Assembly (NCBI RefSeq): GCF_001194135.2
Contig: NC_068986.1
Span: forward strand, 21,855,296-21,889,970
Origin: Octopus bimaculoides
Taxonomy: Eukaryota
Reading direction: 5' to 3'
Length of the DNA stretch: 34,675 bases
Of this stretch, positions 10,801 to 22,084 are shown piece by piece (position 1 is the stretch's first letter; the number at the start of each line of letters is the position of its first letter). Under the pieces are notes generated by a model. The model had not been told where the DNA came from. It saw only the letters and a program-made list of their open reading frames with translations, and ran no database searches. The position numbers and the translations under genes were made by a program.

Positions 10801-11367
10801 GTTCCTGACTTCTTACAATCTGAATTCCATTAGCAGCTTAAATCTTTTATGATCATATTTTTAATGAAATACCCTGCCAGTATGTTACAATTAATTTTGA
10901 AAAATCAAGACTTCAAGAGGAATTTTTTTCAAATAAACTAACTTCTGTATTATCAGAGCTTGGAATAAAGCATGAGTATATTCACAGACATTCAATGTAC
11001 ATGTTTAATAAGTCTTTTTCTTCAATGACTGATATTAACAAAGAAAATAAAATGTTTGGATTGTTTTTGGATTCAATATTTCAAAGTAAGTACTTCCTAA
11101 ATTGTTGAAATTAATCCAATACTTCAAAGAGTATAGTTCCTAGATTGTTGTAATGGATTAATACTCCTAAATGAATACTCTTTTAAATTGAAGAAACATT
11201 TATTGTTGTGACTGAAATATTAACACTGCAAATTTAAATGAAAGATTAAGATTAAAAACAGTTAAGGCTGTAAAACCTTGAAAAGATAAATCCAATTAAT
11301 TTCTCAAAAAAATTGTTTGATTTCAACTTGACTGAGTTTTAGTAAGTAAAAAAAAAGTTTAACTTAC

Positions 11368-11484
11368 TGGTAACCATTCACCAACATCACCGGTGTGTAA
11401 CCAGCCATCACTGTCAAAAACTTCCTGGGTTTTCTCGTCATTTTTGAAATAACCACTGAATATGTTATCACCCTTGACACAAAT
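11368..11484 (-). CDS. ACSL1: ACSL exon, 117 nt: [39 protein letters not shown]
   Basis: Acceptor cattttcag, donor gtaagt, phase 0/0; fatty acyl-CoA synthetase signature GWLHTGD. Confidence 0.97.
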
Positions 11485-12206
11485 CTGAAAATGAAGAGAA
11501 AGGATGCAATGAGTTTTAATAAAAATGCAAGAAAATTACATTTCTAAAACAAATATTTATTAAAACTGAAAATAATCAGTGTTAAAACAAAAAAATGAAC
11601 ATTAGAATTTTTTTAAAACAATTATCTTTGCCTACATCTCAAAAGGACTAATAGTCTAATATTGTTTTCCACTCGCAAGACACAGCTCTGAAGAAGCCTG
11701 TGATCTTTGGGCATCCTTAGGATTTGCATATTCATGCTGCCCCTTCTGATCGCTTTGGTACTTACCATCTACATGTACTATACTATAATGTAACACCAAG
11801 GCAAGGGTCAAAGTGATTGCAAATTTCTTTCACTGTAAGCCTCACATTGTGTTGTCTCATATAATGTGGTACTAGTCTATGGGGAGGTACATGACAAATC
11901 AGCTTCACCTCCTTTCTCACATCTACAGTCTTGAAAACAAGGCATGCTGTCCCTTAAACATTATTCCAACTGATGAAGGAGATATTATTTCACACACTAT
12001 CCAGGGTCATGCATGTTATTGTTGTAACAACATGAAGAAAGCACCTGCATTTTTAGAGATGCAGAAACATGTGACCTTCCTACTTGTTTTCTCTTGTACA
12101 CAGATCTCAGATGGCCGTGTTTTCCTTAATAAATATCTTAACCAGGTGGCTCTTTTCTTTATTAACTCAAGACAAACTACAACAGAAACAACAACAGTTT
12201 ACATAC

Positions 12207-12295
12207 CTCGCCTTTATTGTTATCAGCAAAATAGTTCATCTCAGGAATATCAACAAGTTTTATATAGCTGCAACTTAATGGTGGACCAACAACTC
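12207..12295 (-). CDS. ACSL1: ACSL exon, 89 nt: (G)VVGPPLSCSYIKLVDIPEMNYFADNNKGE
   Basis: Acceptor atctttacag, donor gtatgt, phase 1/0; motif IKLVDIPEMNY. Confidence 0.95.
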
Positions 12296-12326
12296 CTGTA
12301 AAGATAATATATCAAAAGGTGTATAT

Positions 12327-12366
<40 letters not shown>

Positions 12367-13330
12367 ATATATATATATAAAGTTGTGAATTTCAGGCAGT
12401 GAAAGACCCTATAACAGTTTGTATTGTTTTTTTTTTTTATATTGGTTTTGTCTGCAGAAAGGGTCTGTACCTTACAGCCTTTGCAGGTCCTATGAGATAG
12501 GTGAGATTGATGCCAGTAACATTCCACTTGAATTATTACAACAAATCAACAGTTAGTTATAAGAAAAATATTTGGAAGGAGGAAGGACTAACATATTAAT
12601 CAATGCAGAACATGGGTGGAGAAAACCGAATAGGAAATGAAAGGAGGAAAGATGAGTAAGTCAGAATACCTAAATGAATACGACATGAGATTGGCCAGTT
12701 CTATAAAGCAGAGGTTATTGTATTCAGACCACAAAGGTTTGTCTGTATGGGCCTCAAGCTTATAGTAAATTTTTTCAAATTTAAAGGACCATTGAACAAT
12801 TGATGGCTTTTAGACAATCTTTGGTGTTGTGATTTGTTTAATTTTTGCTTATATAAGCAGTTGAGGGGTTCAGGTAATTAGAGTAAGAACAAAGTGAAAA
12901 ATTTTCAGAGAGTTATTACCTTTGTTGACAAGATGAGATTAGGGGGATTAGAGAATTCATGGCTAAAATATTCCTCTCAGAAGCAACAAAATGATGTAGA
13001 AACTAAACCTCAGGCTTTCACTTCCAACAGGAAAGGAGTTTTAAAGATCAAGGTTATCACAGATACATTGCCAGAACTGCCTGACTGGCCCTTGTGACGG
13101 TGGCTCGTAAAAAGCACCCACTACCCTCTCGGAGTGGTTGGCGTTAGGAAGGGCATCCAGCTGTAGAAACTTTGCCAGTTCAGATTGAGCCTGGTGCAGC
13201 CTCTGGCTCACCAGTCCTCAGTCAAACCATCCAACCCATGCCAGCATGGAAAGTGGACGTTAAACGACAATGATGATGATGACATTGTAAAACCCTGAAG
13301 GAAGCAAGTATTAAAAATACATATATCTTA

Positions 13331-13893
13331 TTGTATTCCAGGAGGGTCACTATGCTAATGAATACATGCACTGGTTCACTTTCACTTTTTTATTGTTTAT
13401 TTATCTATTGGTTAACCATTTAACCAATCAACTAATCCAGTGGTTCTCAATCAAGGTTCATATGGCCCTTAGAGGTCCATATAAGATTTTGTGTTAAAAT
13501 TTACAGGCATTGAATTATTTGTACTTCTACAACACAAAATATTTTAACAATTTTTTAAATACAATACCTAATGATATTTGATAATAAAAATATAACAGGA
13601 TTTTCTAAAGTCAGAATGGCTATGAGGGTCCATCAGAGTAAAATATGAATCAAAGGGGTCCATAGGGGAAAAATGGTTGAGAAAAACTAAACTAATTAAT
13701 TGTTTGATTCAATCAATCAATCAATCAATCATGCTTGTTAAAGTCTTTTCATCACCATTCATGACCTCATCAATGACAATCAATTAACTGATTGGCTAAA
13801 TAGTTAACCAATTGACAAATAGTATAAATAATGAAGTGAATGAGAGTCAGTGCATGTGTTTATTATTGACATAATGACCCTCCCAAGATACAA
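13331..13893. mobile_element. Long-TIR MITE (about 110-bp imperfect TIRs) hosting a nested hAT MITE
   Basis: TTGTATTCCAGGAGGGTCACTATG at left is the reverse complement of CATAATGACCCTCCCAAGATACAA at right; the TIRs extend through AATTGGTTAAC. Confidence 0.75.
13438..13689. mobile_element. hAT/Charlie-type MITE with 8-bp TSD
   Basis: TIRs CAGTGGTTCTCAA / GGTTGAGAAAAACTA; TSD AACTAATC (13430-13437) and AACTAATT (13690-13697). Confidence 0.8.
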
Positions 13894-13973
13894 CAAAATA
13901 TGTTTCAACATACAAGTTCACATCACAAATCTTACAAACCAAATTAAAAAATGAAACATAAAACAAATCTTAC

Positions 13974-14046
13974 CAATGCTCATATCACCAAGATGCTGAA
14001 GGGTGCATACACCATGGGTTTCAGTTTGGCCATAACCTTCGATTAT
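13974..14046 (-). CDS. ACSL1: ACSL exon, 73 nt: IIEGYGQTETHGVCTLQHLGDMSI(G)
   Basis: Acceptor ctttaaaag, donor gtaaga, phase 0/1; motif GYGQTE. Confidence 0.95.
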
Positions 14047-15717
14047 CTTTTAAAGTATAAAAAAATAAGCACAGAGTGAAACAGTTTAGATTAAAATAGC
14101 TTATTTTAAATACAGTAAATAGCTACAGTGACAACTTTATTAGTGAAGGTAAAGTTATTTAGTGACCCTGCCCGTGCTGGTGCTACATAAAAACATCCAG
14201 TCCCACTATAAAGTGGTTGGCATTTGGAAAGGCATCCAGCTGTAAAAATTATACCAAAACTAACCTCGCTGGCGCTAATGCCATGTAAAAAGCACTGAGT
14301 CCACTCTGCAGAGGGGTTGATATTAGAAAGGGCATCCAGCCATAAAAACCCTACCAAAACAGACACAGTAGCATAGGGTAGTTTTCTACCTGACCAGCTC
14401 CTATGAACCATCCTACCGATGCATGCATGGAAGATGGACGTTAAACAATGATGATGATGATGATGATGATGATGATCCACAGTTCCCAACATTTTCTTTG
14501 CACCATGGACTGGTTCCATACAAGACAATTCTTACACAGACCAGGGGATCATGTGCATAACAAAACACAGTGAAGTGTGTAATACATAATTTAATTATTA
14601 CATATATAATACGTATATAATGCAAAAACACCCTGCAGATTGTGACAACCATTAAAATAGAAATAAAATTTCAAAATTTATTCTTTCTGTGTGGCCCACT
14701 ACCAAAGGATTTACGACTTGGCACTGGTCTGTAATCCCATGTGTAGGGGACCTTTGATCTAGATGACAAAAGGAATTAATAATACACAGATGGACTAAGA
14801 ACTAATTATATATCTAAAAGAAAAAGACAGCAGCATAACATGGAGTGTGCAGATTACACAGGGTGAACGCTTTATGTGTGTGTTTGTTGTAGTCAAAGGT
14901 TTGTTGCGCTTAAAGAAGTGGGCAGGCAATTTGATAAGGACCCAATGTGCTATCCAGGAAATGAACCTTTGACAAACTTCATAACCATTAGTCAATATAC
15001 CATCACAGTATCAATAGTACAATTTGTAGTCTTAAAATATACATAAGCAATGAAGCAATTTTTTATGCACTGTCTTCTCCCCTACAGCTTCTCTACCCCC
15101 TCAGTACCTCTTATCTTTCCTCCTCTGAATAACCCCCACCACCATCAACCCTCTACACTTCTCTTTCCTTCACTGACTTTCTTAGGATTCCTCTGCACCC
15201 TAGGCTACTCCATTTCTGTTCCCTTTATGCTACACCTTCTGTCCATACTTATTCATATTAGACAGCCTAGACAACCCAGTCCTTTACACAACCCACCCAA
15301 CAAAATCTTTCAACTTTATCCCTCCCATTTCCTCAATAACTTTGTTCCTAATCCCTTCCTGCTTCCCTGTTCCCTGTCATACTCCTCAGCCTCCCCACTT
15401 ACTTACCATTCCTCATCCTCCTGCCTAGAATCATTCCCCACTCTCTTTTCTCCCTCAGTCACTTTAGGCCCTTAGCCTTGCAAGTTACAAAGCAATCATC
15501 ACTGCTGCTGATGCCATGAAAAAAAAAAAGAACACCCAGTACCCATTGTAAAGGGGCTGGCATTAGGAAGGACATCCAGTCACAGAAATAGGGTCATACT
15601 TGTCAGATCCCGTCAAACCATCCAACTCGCGCCAGTATGAAAGCTGGACATAAAATATTGATTATGATGATGATGATGCTGATGTGAATTATAAATATAC
15701 AAGAAACGGTAACTTAC

Positions 15718-15868
15718 CATGCAACCAAAAACACAACGTAAAAATGAAAGAACTTTTGGTGATAATGGTGCAGAACCTGTCGTAATCAACTTTGTACGTC
15801 CTCCTAAAGTCTTTTGAATTTCACGAAAAATTAATTTATCCCACCAACTGTTATTGCGAAGAATACCT
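15718..15868 (-). CDS. ACSL1: ACSL exon, 151 nt: (R)GILRNNSWWDKLIFREIQKTLGGRTKLITTGSAPLSPKVLSFLRCVFGCM
   Basis: Acceptor tttatttcag, donor gtaagt, phase 2/0; motifs WDKLIF, LGGR and TGSAPL. Confidence 0.96.
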
Positions 15869-16566
15869 CTGAAATAAAAGATATATAAGAGCATAAGTAT
15901 TTCAAACGATTCTGGTCTTCATTACCATATATTTTCATTACCCAGTTGTAGACATAGATGTGCCATGTCCTTGCATGTCATAAGATGCAACTGAAAAGGT
16001 TTGCAACAAGTAGAAGCTCTGGCTGTAAAACACTGCCTCATGGCATGGACTGGATCATCATCATCATCAACTACCAAATCCACTCTATTACAGCCCAGGG
16101 TTAGAGTAGAGGACCCTTTCCCAAGGTGCTGCACAGTGGGACTAAATCCAAAATCACATGGTTGAGAAGCAAGCCTTCAGACCACATAATCATGCCTGCC
16201 CAATTACAAGAAACATGCATGTAAAAAGCACCATTCAAGCCTGGGTCATTGCCAGTGCTGCCTGACTGGCCCTCATGCCGGTGGCATGTAAAAAGCACCC
16301 ACTACACTCTCAGAGTGGTTGGTATTAGGAAGGGCATCCAGGTGTAGAAACCTTGCCAGATCAGATTGGAGCCTGGTACAGCCATCTGGTTTGCCAGTCC
16401 TCAGTCAAACTGTCCAACCCATGCCAGCATGGAAAGCAGACATTAAACGATGATGATGATGATGATGATGAGATGATACAAATACACAAAGATGAACAAA
16501 CAAACAGAAAGCCTTCTACAGAGAGAGAGAACCAAGACGGAATGTTTCTTTTACTAGCAGTAATTA

Positions 16567-16906
16567 CCATATTTGATGGCCTATAAGACGCACCTTTTTT
16601 TACCTCAAAATGGCTTTAAAAAATCCCTTGCGTCCAATGCACTCAATGTAGGCTCAAAACTTGCTCAAAGCGGTATGTATGTTTACAAAACATGTGCTGC
16701 CATCTATTGGGGAACAATCGCCTACGGCATGTTTATATCAAATGTGGATGCAATAAATTGCTTATAATTACCGGTAATAACATAAAAGTATACAGGTAAG
16801 TGGAGGAATTAAAACCTTATTTTAGTGGTAATTTATTTTACAAAAGTATAGCCTAGGCTAGGGTGCATCTTATGCACTTATGTGTCTAATAGGCCATCAA
16901 ATACAG
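16567..16906. mobile_element. pogo/Tigger-like MITE with TA TSD
   Basis: TA|CCATATTTGATGGCCTATAAGACGCAC ... AATAGGCCATCAAATACAG|TA. A shorter degenerate copy is at about 9243-9431. Confidence 0.75.
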
Positions 16907-17459
16907 TATATGTTTGAAAGCTATATTTCACTCACAAGTATTATAACTTGTTATTCTTGCAGATCAGTGGGTGGGTAAGTGGGCCTTGCATTCAATACAG
17001 AAAACATGTGTCAAGAGAATACTTGACCTTTAGAGTTGCTGAGCATGACACAAATATGGCTACAGCTAAAGACACCTTGCTAAAAACAAAAATCAAAATA
17101 AAACATCTTCTTCATTGATAAGCAAATGTTTTCATTGGTGTCAGTTCTAAATTTCAAAACAGTTACAAAGAAAGGTGTAAACGTTGGTTGATAGTGATCA
17201 TCGAGACTTTAGTCTCTCTCTATCACCTTTCAACAGCATTATAAATGAAGAGACATAGGAACAATTAACAACATAATAAAAAGGTTTTATTTATGATGAT
17301 GCTTGGTTTCACAATTCCTGTCATTCAGCTTAGCCACCGCTGATTAAGTTATAGTTGGTAATGGAAGGTTAAGGTCTTCCTTGATGCCTGCCAGAGAACG
17401 GTGTAAAAGTGCTTCGTGGAGGAGCGAAGTGTTGTCACGTAGAAGGTCTCAGGCTCAAC

Positions 17460-17600
17460 TCACCGAGATAATGAAAGTAACTGCTTAAGTACGAGTTTTA
17501 CTACGCATGCGCAACTCGAGGGGCTTCCGGTGGTGAAGTCCCCTGCGCATGCGCAGAATAGTACTTCCTCAATGGCGGCTATAATTTCGCGCCACTACAA
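17460..17600. promoter_or_regulatory. CpG-rich, promoter-like motif cluster inside an ACSL intron
   Basis: ACGCATGCGCA 17503-17513 and palindrome CTGCGCATGCGCAG 17543-17556 (NRF1 type); CTTCCGG 17524-17530 and ACTTCC 17563-17568 (ETS); CAATGGCGGC 17570-17579 (YY1); TTTCGCGC 17585-17592 (E2F); ACTACAA 17594-17600 (ZNF143 half-site). CpG-dense against a CpG-poor background. Confidence 0.6.
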
Positions 17601-17652
17601 AGGGAAAATAAACTTATTACATAAATCATAAGTTAAAAAAAAAACAGCTTAC

Positions 17653-17735
17653 CTTTCCAATTCACTTGCTTTGGCAGATAATGCCATATTGAACACACAT
17701 TGCTTTACTTTGCTTGAGTTTACTTTTTCTAAAAT
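17653..17735 (-). CDS. ACSL1: ACSL exon, 83 nt: ILEKVNSSKVKQCVFNMALSAKASELE(R)
   Basis: Acceptor ttttttgacag, donor gtaagc, phase 0/2; supplies the phase needed by the next exon. Confidence 0.88.
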
Positions 17736-19375
17736 CTGTCAAAAAATATTTTTTAAATGTAAAATTTATTTAATAATGTTATTTCATTCACAGAAAATTT
17801 CAAATGAATTTAATCTGATTTACCTTGTATTTAATTGATATCAACATAGTTGCAGTAAATAAATGTTGGCGATTAAAAGAAACAGCAAGCATTTGAATTT
17901 TAACTGAGGGCAAAATATCTCAGCTGACTATATCGAAACAGTTTAAATTGAAACTTTTTATTGTTCTAATATGGAATTTGGAATGAGAGACAATTGGGAG
18001 CAGTTGTTTGGACACTGATGATTTCGCATGGCTGACTGGACATTCAACCCACTTTGGCAGCAGTACTTTTTGGCACAGGAAGCAGATATATACATGCACA
18101 CACACAAGCAAATGCACATATAGAAACATACACACACATGCACATATATATAGAGAGAGAGAATGAATACAATTTATTAATTGAACCCAATTGACATAAA
18201 TACTCTCCCTCTCTTCATACACATAAAGAAATATGCTTACACACTTAAATAGAGGAGGAATGGAGAATGAGAGTAACATTGAAGCACTTAACGTGAAACA
18301 AGTTAGCATTAAAAAAACCTGACCGGCCACCATCAGTTTGTGCCAGTCACCACTGAAACCTCGAGTGTTCTTGGACCTCACGCTTTCAATTTTCCCTGCA
18401 AAATTGGAGTAATTGCAGTGCAACTAAGAAATGAGCCCTGCAGAGTGGGGTGCAGTGAGTGTTGCTGTCCATTCTCCATGGTAACATCACTATGGTTATG
18501 TCAGCTAGATGCGGCTGAAAACACCATTTGTTCTGAGGTGTACTCCCTCCCTGCAACATCTTCAGCTTCTTAGCCTCCGCCCCTTTCCTTTTTTCTTTGT
18601 AATCAAATTGTGATTTAATCTTTATGTAAATAAAACTTATAAACTAAACAGATATATTATAAGAAAAACCAGTGCATAAATGCTATGTACAAATCTAACA
18701 GAGAGAGTGGATTATTAAAGCACTAATTAAGTACGGTGGGTGGGGTCAACTCTTCATACTCCCTCTCAGCTACAAGAGGACCATGAGAGACCACTTGCTT
18801 CTAAAATAATGGAAAAGGAGAGTTGCGTGAGGAGTTAGCAACAGCTTGTTTAGCATGATACAAAAACTGTCCAGAGAAACCAGAGGAAGTGGGCATAGAG
18901 GGACCAATGTGCCATGCAGTATAACAGTTAAAAAAAAAAAACACTAACCATTCAACCATCCAGTAAAAATGACATTCCATGCCAGAGGCACACATGACTG
19001 CATGGTGAAGAAATGAGTTTCACAACTGCAGTTTCAAGTTCAGTCCTGTTGTACGGTACTTAGAACCATCTATTATAGTCCCCATACCAACCAAAGCCTC
19101 GTAAAGGGATTTGTTAGGTAGAAGCTGAACGATTCCAACACTCTCTCTCTCTCTCTCTCTCATTGTGTGTGTGGGTGCTTATGTCTTCTTGTCTTGACAT
19201 CATGCCAATCCACACACAAAACTTTGGTTGGCTCAAGGCTACAATAGAAGACATTTGCCAAGGTGCTGTGCAGTGGAACTGAACCTGAGACCACATGGTT
19301 AGTAAACAAACCTCTCAACCACACAGCCACATCTGTGCCTGTAAAAGAATTTTTAAAAATCTGTAAAATTCTTAC

Positions 19376-19510
19376 TTTGTCATATAATCTGTTTAATAAC
19401 CGTGGTACTGAGGGGAAAATAGTGGGCCTTAGAACTTTTATATCATCCATTAGTTTTTTGACATCACCACTGAAGAAACCAATGGAACCACCGGCAATAT
19501 AAAGCATCAC
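19376..19510 (-). CDS. ACSL1: ACSL exon, 135 nt: VMLYIAGGSIGFFSGDVKKLMDDIKVLRPTIFPSVPRLLNRLYDK
   Basis: Acceptor tgttttag, donor gtaaga, phase 0/0; motif PTIFPSVPRLLNR. Confidence 0.96.
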
Positions 19511-20807
19511 CTAAAACAAAGGAAACAGAAATTTTTATGAAAATACACGAAAATTCTAATATATTAAACTCTTGTATATTAACCATAAGAAATATATGCA
19601 AACAACATATAGTGAATAAGATTTGTAGGTTATGATGTTTGCATGCTTCATCTTAACAGTGTTATAGAGAAGGCATGTCATAATGACATCTATATGATGC
19701 TATGGCTATGGAATGCAGGCTACATTATTATTGACAAAATATTATTACTCTCAGTAAATGAACTTTGATCAGAAGTAATCTATGATGAGTTGTAGCAAGA
19801 CTGTATCAAATATATGGAACGTATGTTGTCAATGCATTTATCAAGTACAGGTTTAGTTTATTTCTTCTAAACTGCCATCATTTTGATACATCATGATTAT
19901 ACCAGTATGCTTATAAATGATATATGTATATCTTTTACTTGTTTTAGTCATTAGACTGCAGCCATGCTGGGGCACTGCCTGGAATATTTAGTCAAATGGA
20001 TCGACCCCCAGCACTTATTTTTTAAGCTTTGTACTTATTCTATTGGTCCCTTTTGCCAAACTGCTAAGTTATGGAGATACAAACTCACCAACACATGCTG
20101 TCAAGCAGTGGTAGGGGGACTGGAAGAGAAAGATACATACACATAGATATACATATAACAGGCTTCTATCAATTTCCATCTAACAAATCCACTCACAAGG
20201 CTTGAGGCTATAGTAAAAGACACTCGCCCAAAGTGCCACACAGTGGGACTGAACCCTGAACCATGTGGTTGGGAAACAATGCCAGTATCACCTGACTGGC
20301 CTTCATGCCAGTGCCATGTAAAAGCACCCACTACACTCTCGGAGTGATTGGCATTAAGAAGAGCATCTGGCTGTAGAAATTTGCCAGATCAGACTGGAGC
20401 CTGGTGCAGCCTTCTGGCTTGCCAGCCCTCAGTCAAACCATCCAACCCATGCCAGCATGGAAAGCAGACATTAAATGACGACGATGATGAATGAAGAATT
20501 TAGTAAAGTAACATTGCCATTATTAAGCTGGTTTTTAAAACATAAATTAACATGAATCTCTGAAAGAAAGTTTTAATTTAAATCCCCTTTAAAACAGGAA
20601 GCTTATGTCATAAGACGAAAGGCAGGTTAGTCTCAAAAGATTTAACTGTAAATGTATTATACATGTAAAAATAGTGGAGTAAAGTGTTGGCAATATACCG
20701 TAAATATACTTTGGAAATATACACTCAGTCAGGGTGTGTTTAATGAGTATGTGAAGTATTTCAGTTTTAAGTAAGGTATGTATAAAAAATCCAAGAAAAA
20801 CACTTAC

Positions 20808-20879
20808 TTGAACAAATCTTTCGTAGACGTGAGCTAATGGCAAGTAAGATATCATTACATCTTCACAGCCAATGATATG
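20808..20879 (-). CDS. ACSL1: ACSL gate-domain exon, 72 nt: HIIGCEDVMISYLPLAHVYERFVQ (Y-gate)
   Basis: Acceptor tttctgcag, donor gtaagt, phase 0/0; motif SYLPLAH. Confidence 0.95.
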
Positions 20880-21520
20880 CTGCAGAAACACAAAAGGAAA
20901 ATAAAATTAAAAGTTTAAGAAAAAAAAGTTGTTTTTTTTTAAATTAAAATAGTAAAACGAAAAATAATGTAAGAAAATCAGTGCTTTCATTATTTTTTTT
21001 TATCTTCTACTTGTTTTATTCATTGGATTACGACCATGCTGGTGCACCATAGTGAAAGGTTTAGTCAAACAACTCAACCCCAGAACTTGATTTTAAGTCT
21101 GATGTTTATTTTATCAATTTCGTTTGCTGATTTGCCAGGTAACAGAGATGTAAATAAACTCAGCATTAATACTGTCATGAAGATTTTGCTATATAGTGCA
21201 ATAGTTGGGGAGTTTAGTAATCTCAATCATTTATGGTTAAGCTCCGGCCTTACAAGTCCTGAGGCTCATGACAGGCCTAAACCTAAGTAATGGGTGGGTT
21301 GAAGGAGATTTGACTGTTATGTCTAGATGGTCATTTGACTACTTAGAAACTCCCTTGCTAGCATGAGCAAAATAAGATGAAATAGTACTCTACTGTCTTT
21401 AGCCAACCATTCAAGTTTTCTTTCTCTCTCTCTATCTATCTATTTATCTCTTTCCAATTACACACAAAGGAAAAAAATATATTGAAAAAAAAATCTACCC
21501 ACAAGGAAATATGAACTTAC

Positions 21521-21591
21521 CATCTGTTTTATACTTGCAATAACTGCTGCTAACATTCCTTTATGTGTAAGGATGGCGCCCTTGGGGATAC
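21521..21591 (-). CDS. ACSL1: ACSL exon, 71 nt: (G)IPKGAILTHKGMLAAVIASIKQM
   Basis: Acceptor tatttgtag, donor gtaagt, phase 1/0; second half of the P-loop (PKG). Confidence 0.93.
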
Positions 21592-21829
21592 CTACAAATA
21601 TAGATAGAAGTGATCATCTTGATCATAGAGAAGAAACATGGCCATATCAAAATATAAAAATGTCCATAATAAATATGTTATCAATCAATAAAAGGCTCAA
21701 GTTGGATTCTAAAATAGTTGAATAATTGACATTAATATGCTTAAATAAAAAAAAAATATATATCTCACAGCATACCATAGCATGCAATAAGACTTGAGTA
21801 AATAAAAAAAAAAGACACTTTTCAGTCAT

Positions 21830-22060
21830 GAATGACCAATGGGATTGCACCCAGAAAGTTCCCCTCTGAGGCACAAGTCTGGGCAAGGTTGTTTATGGAA
21901 GACCAGCAGTCGCCCATGCATACCAGCCTCCCCTCTCCATACCATTGATGTTATCCAAGGGAAAAGGCAAAGGCCAATACAGCTTGGCACCAGTGATGTT
22001 GCAACTCATTTCTACAGCTGAACAAACTGGAGCAACAAGAAATAAAGTGTCTTGTTGCAT
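21830..22060 (-). mobile_element. SINE 3' fragment
   Basis: Shares CAACTCATTT...AGCTGA...ACTGGAGC...GAAATAAAGTGTCTTG with 6850-6905; a related fragment is at about 34180-34250. Confidence 0.55.
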
Positions 22061-22084
22061 ATTTAGTCCCACATATTTATTCAT

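Noticed and set aside
12004-12076. Three-way junction fold (GGTCA/TGACC, CATGTT/AACATG, CTGCAT/ATGCAG)
   Set aside because: Single copy, short stems, no box motifs and no second copy to test covariation; compatible with chance.
15050-15475. 141-aa plus-strand ORF
   Set aside because: C/T-rich low-complexity sequence running into an RTE-type tail; biased L/P/S/F composition and no domain.
19511-21520. Second, mutually exclusive gate exon (F-gate), as known for vertebrate ACSL6
   Set aside because: No second xLPLAH-coding exon found by eye in either flanking intron; only the Y-gate exon is present.
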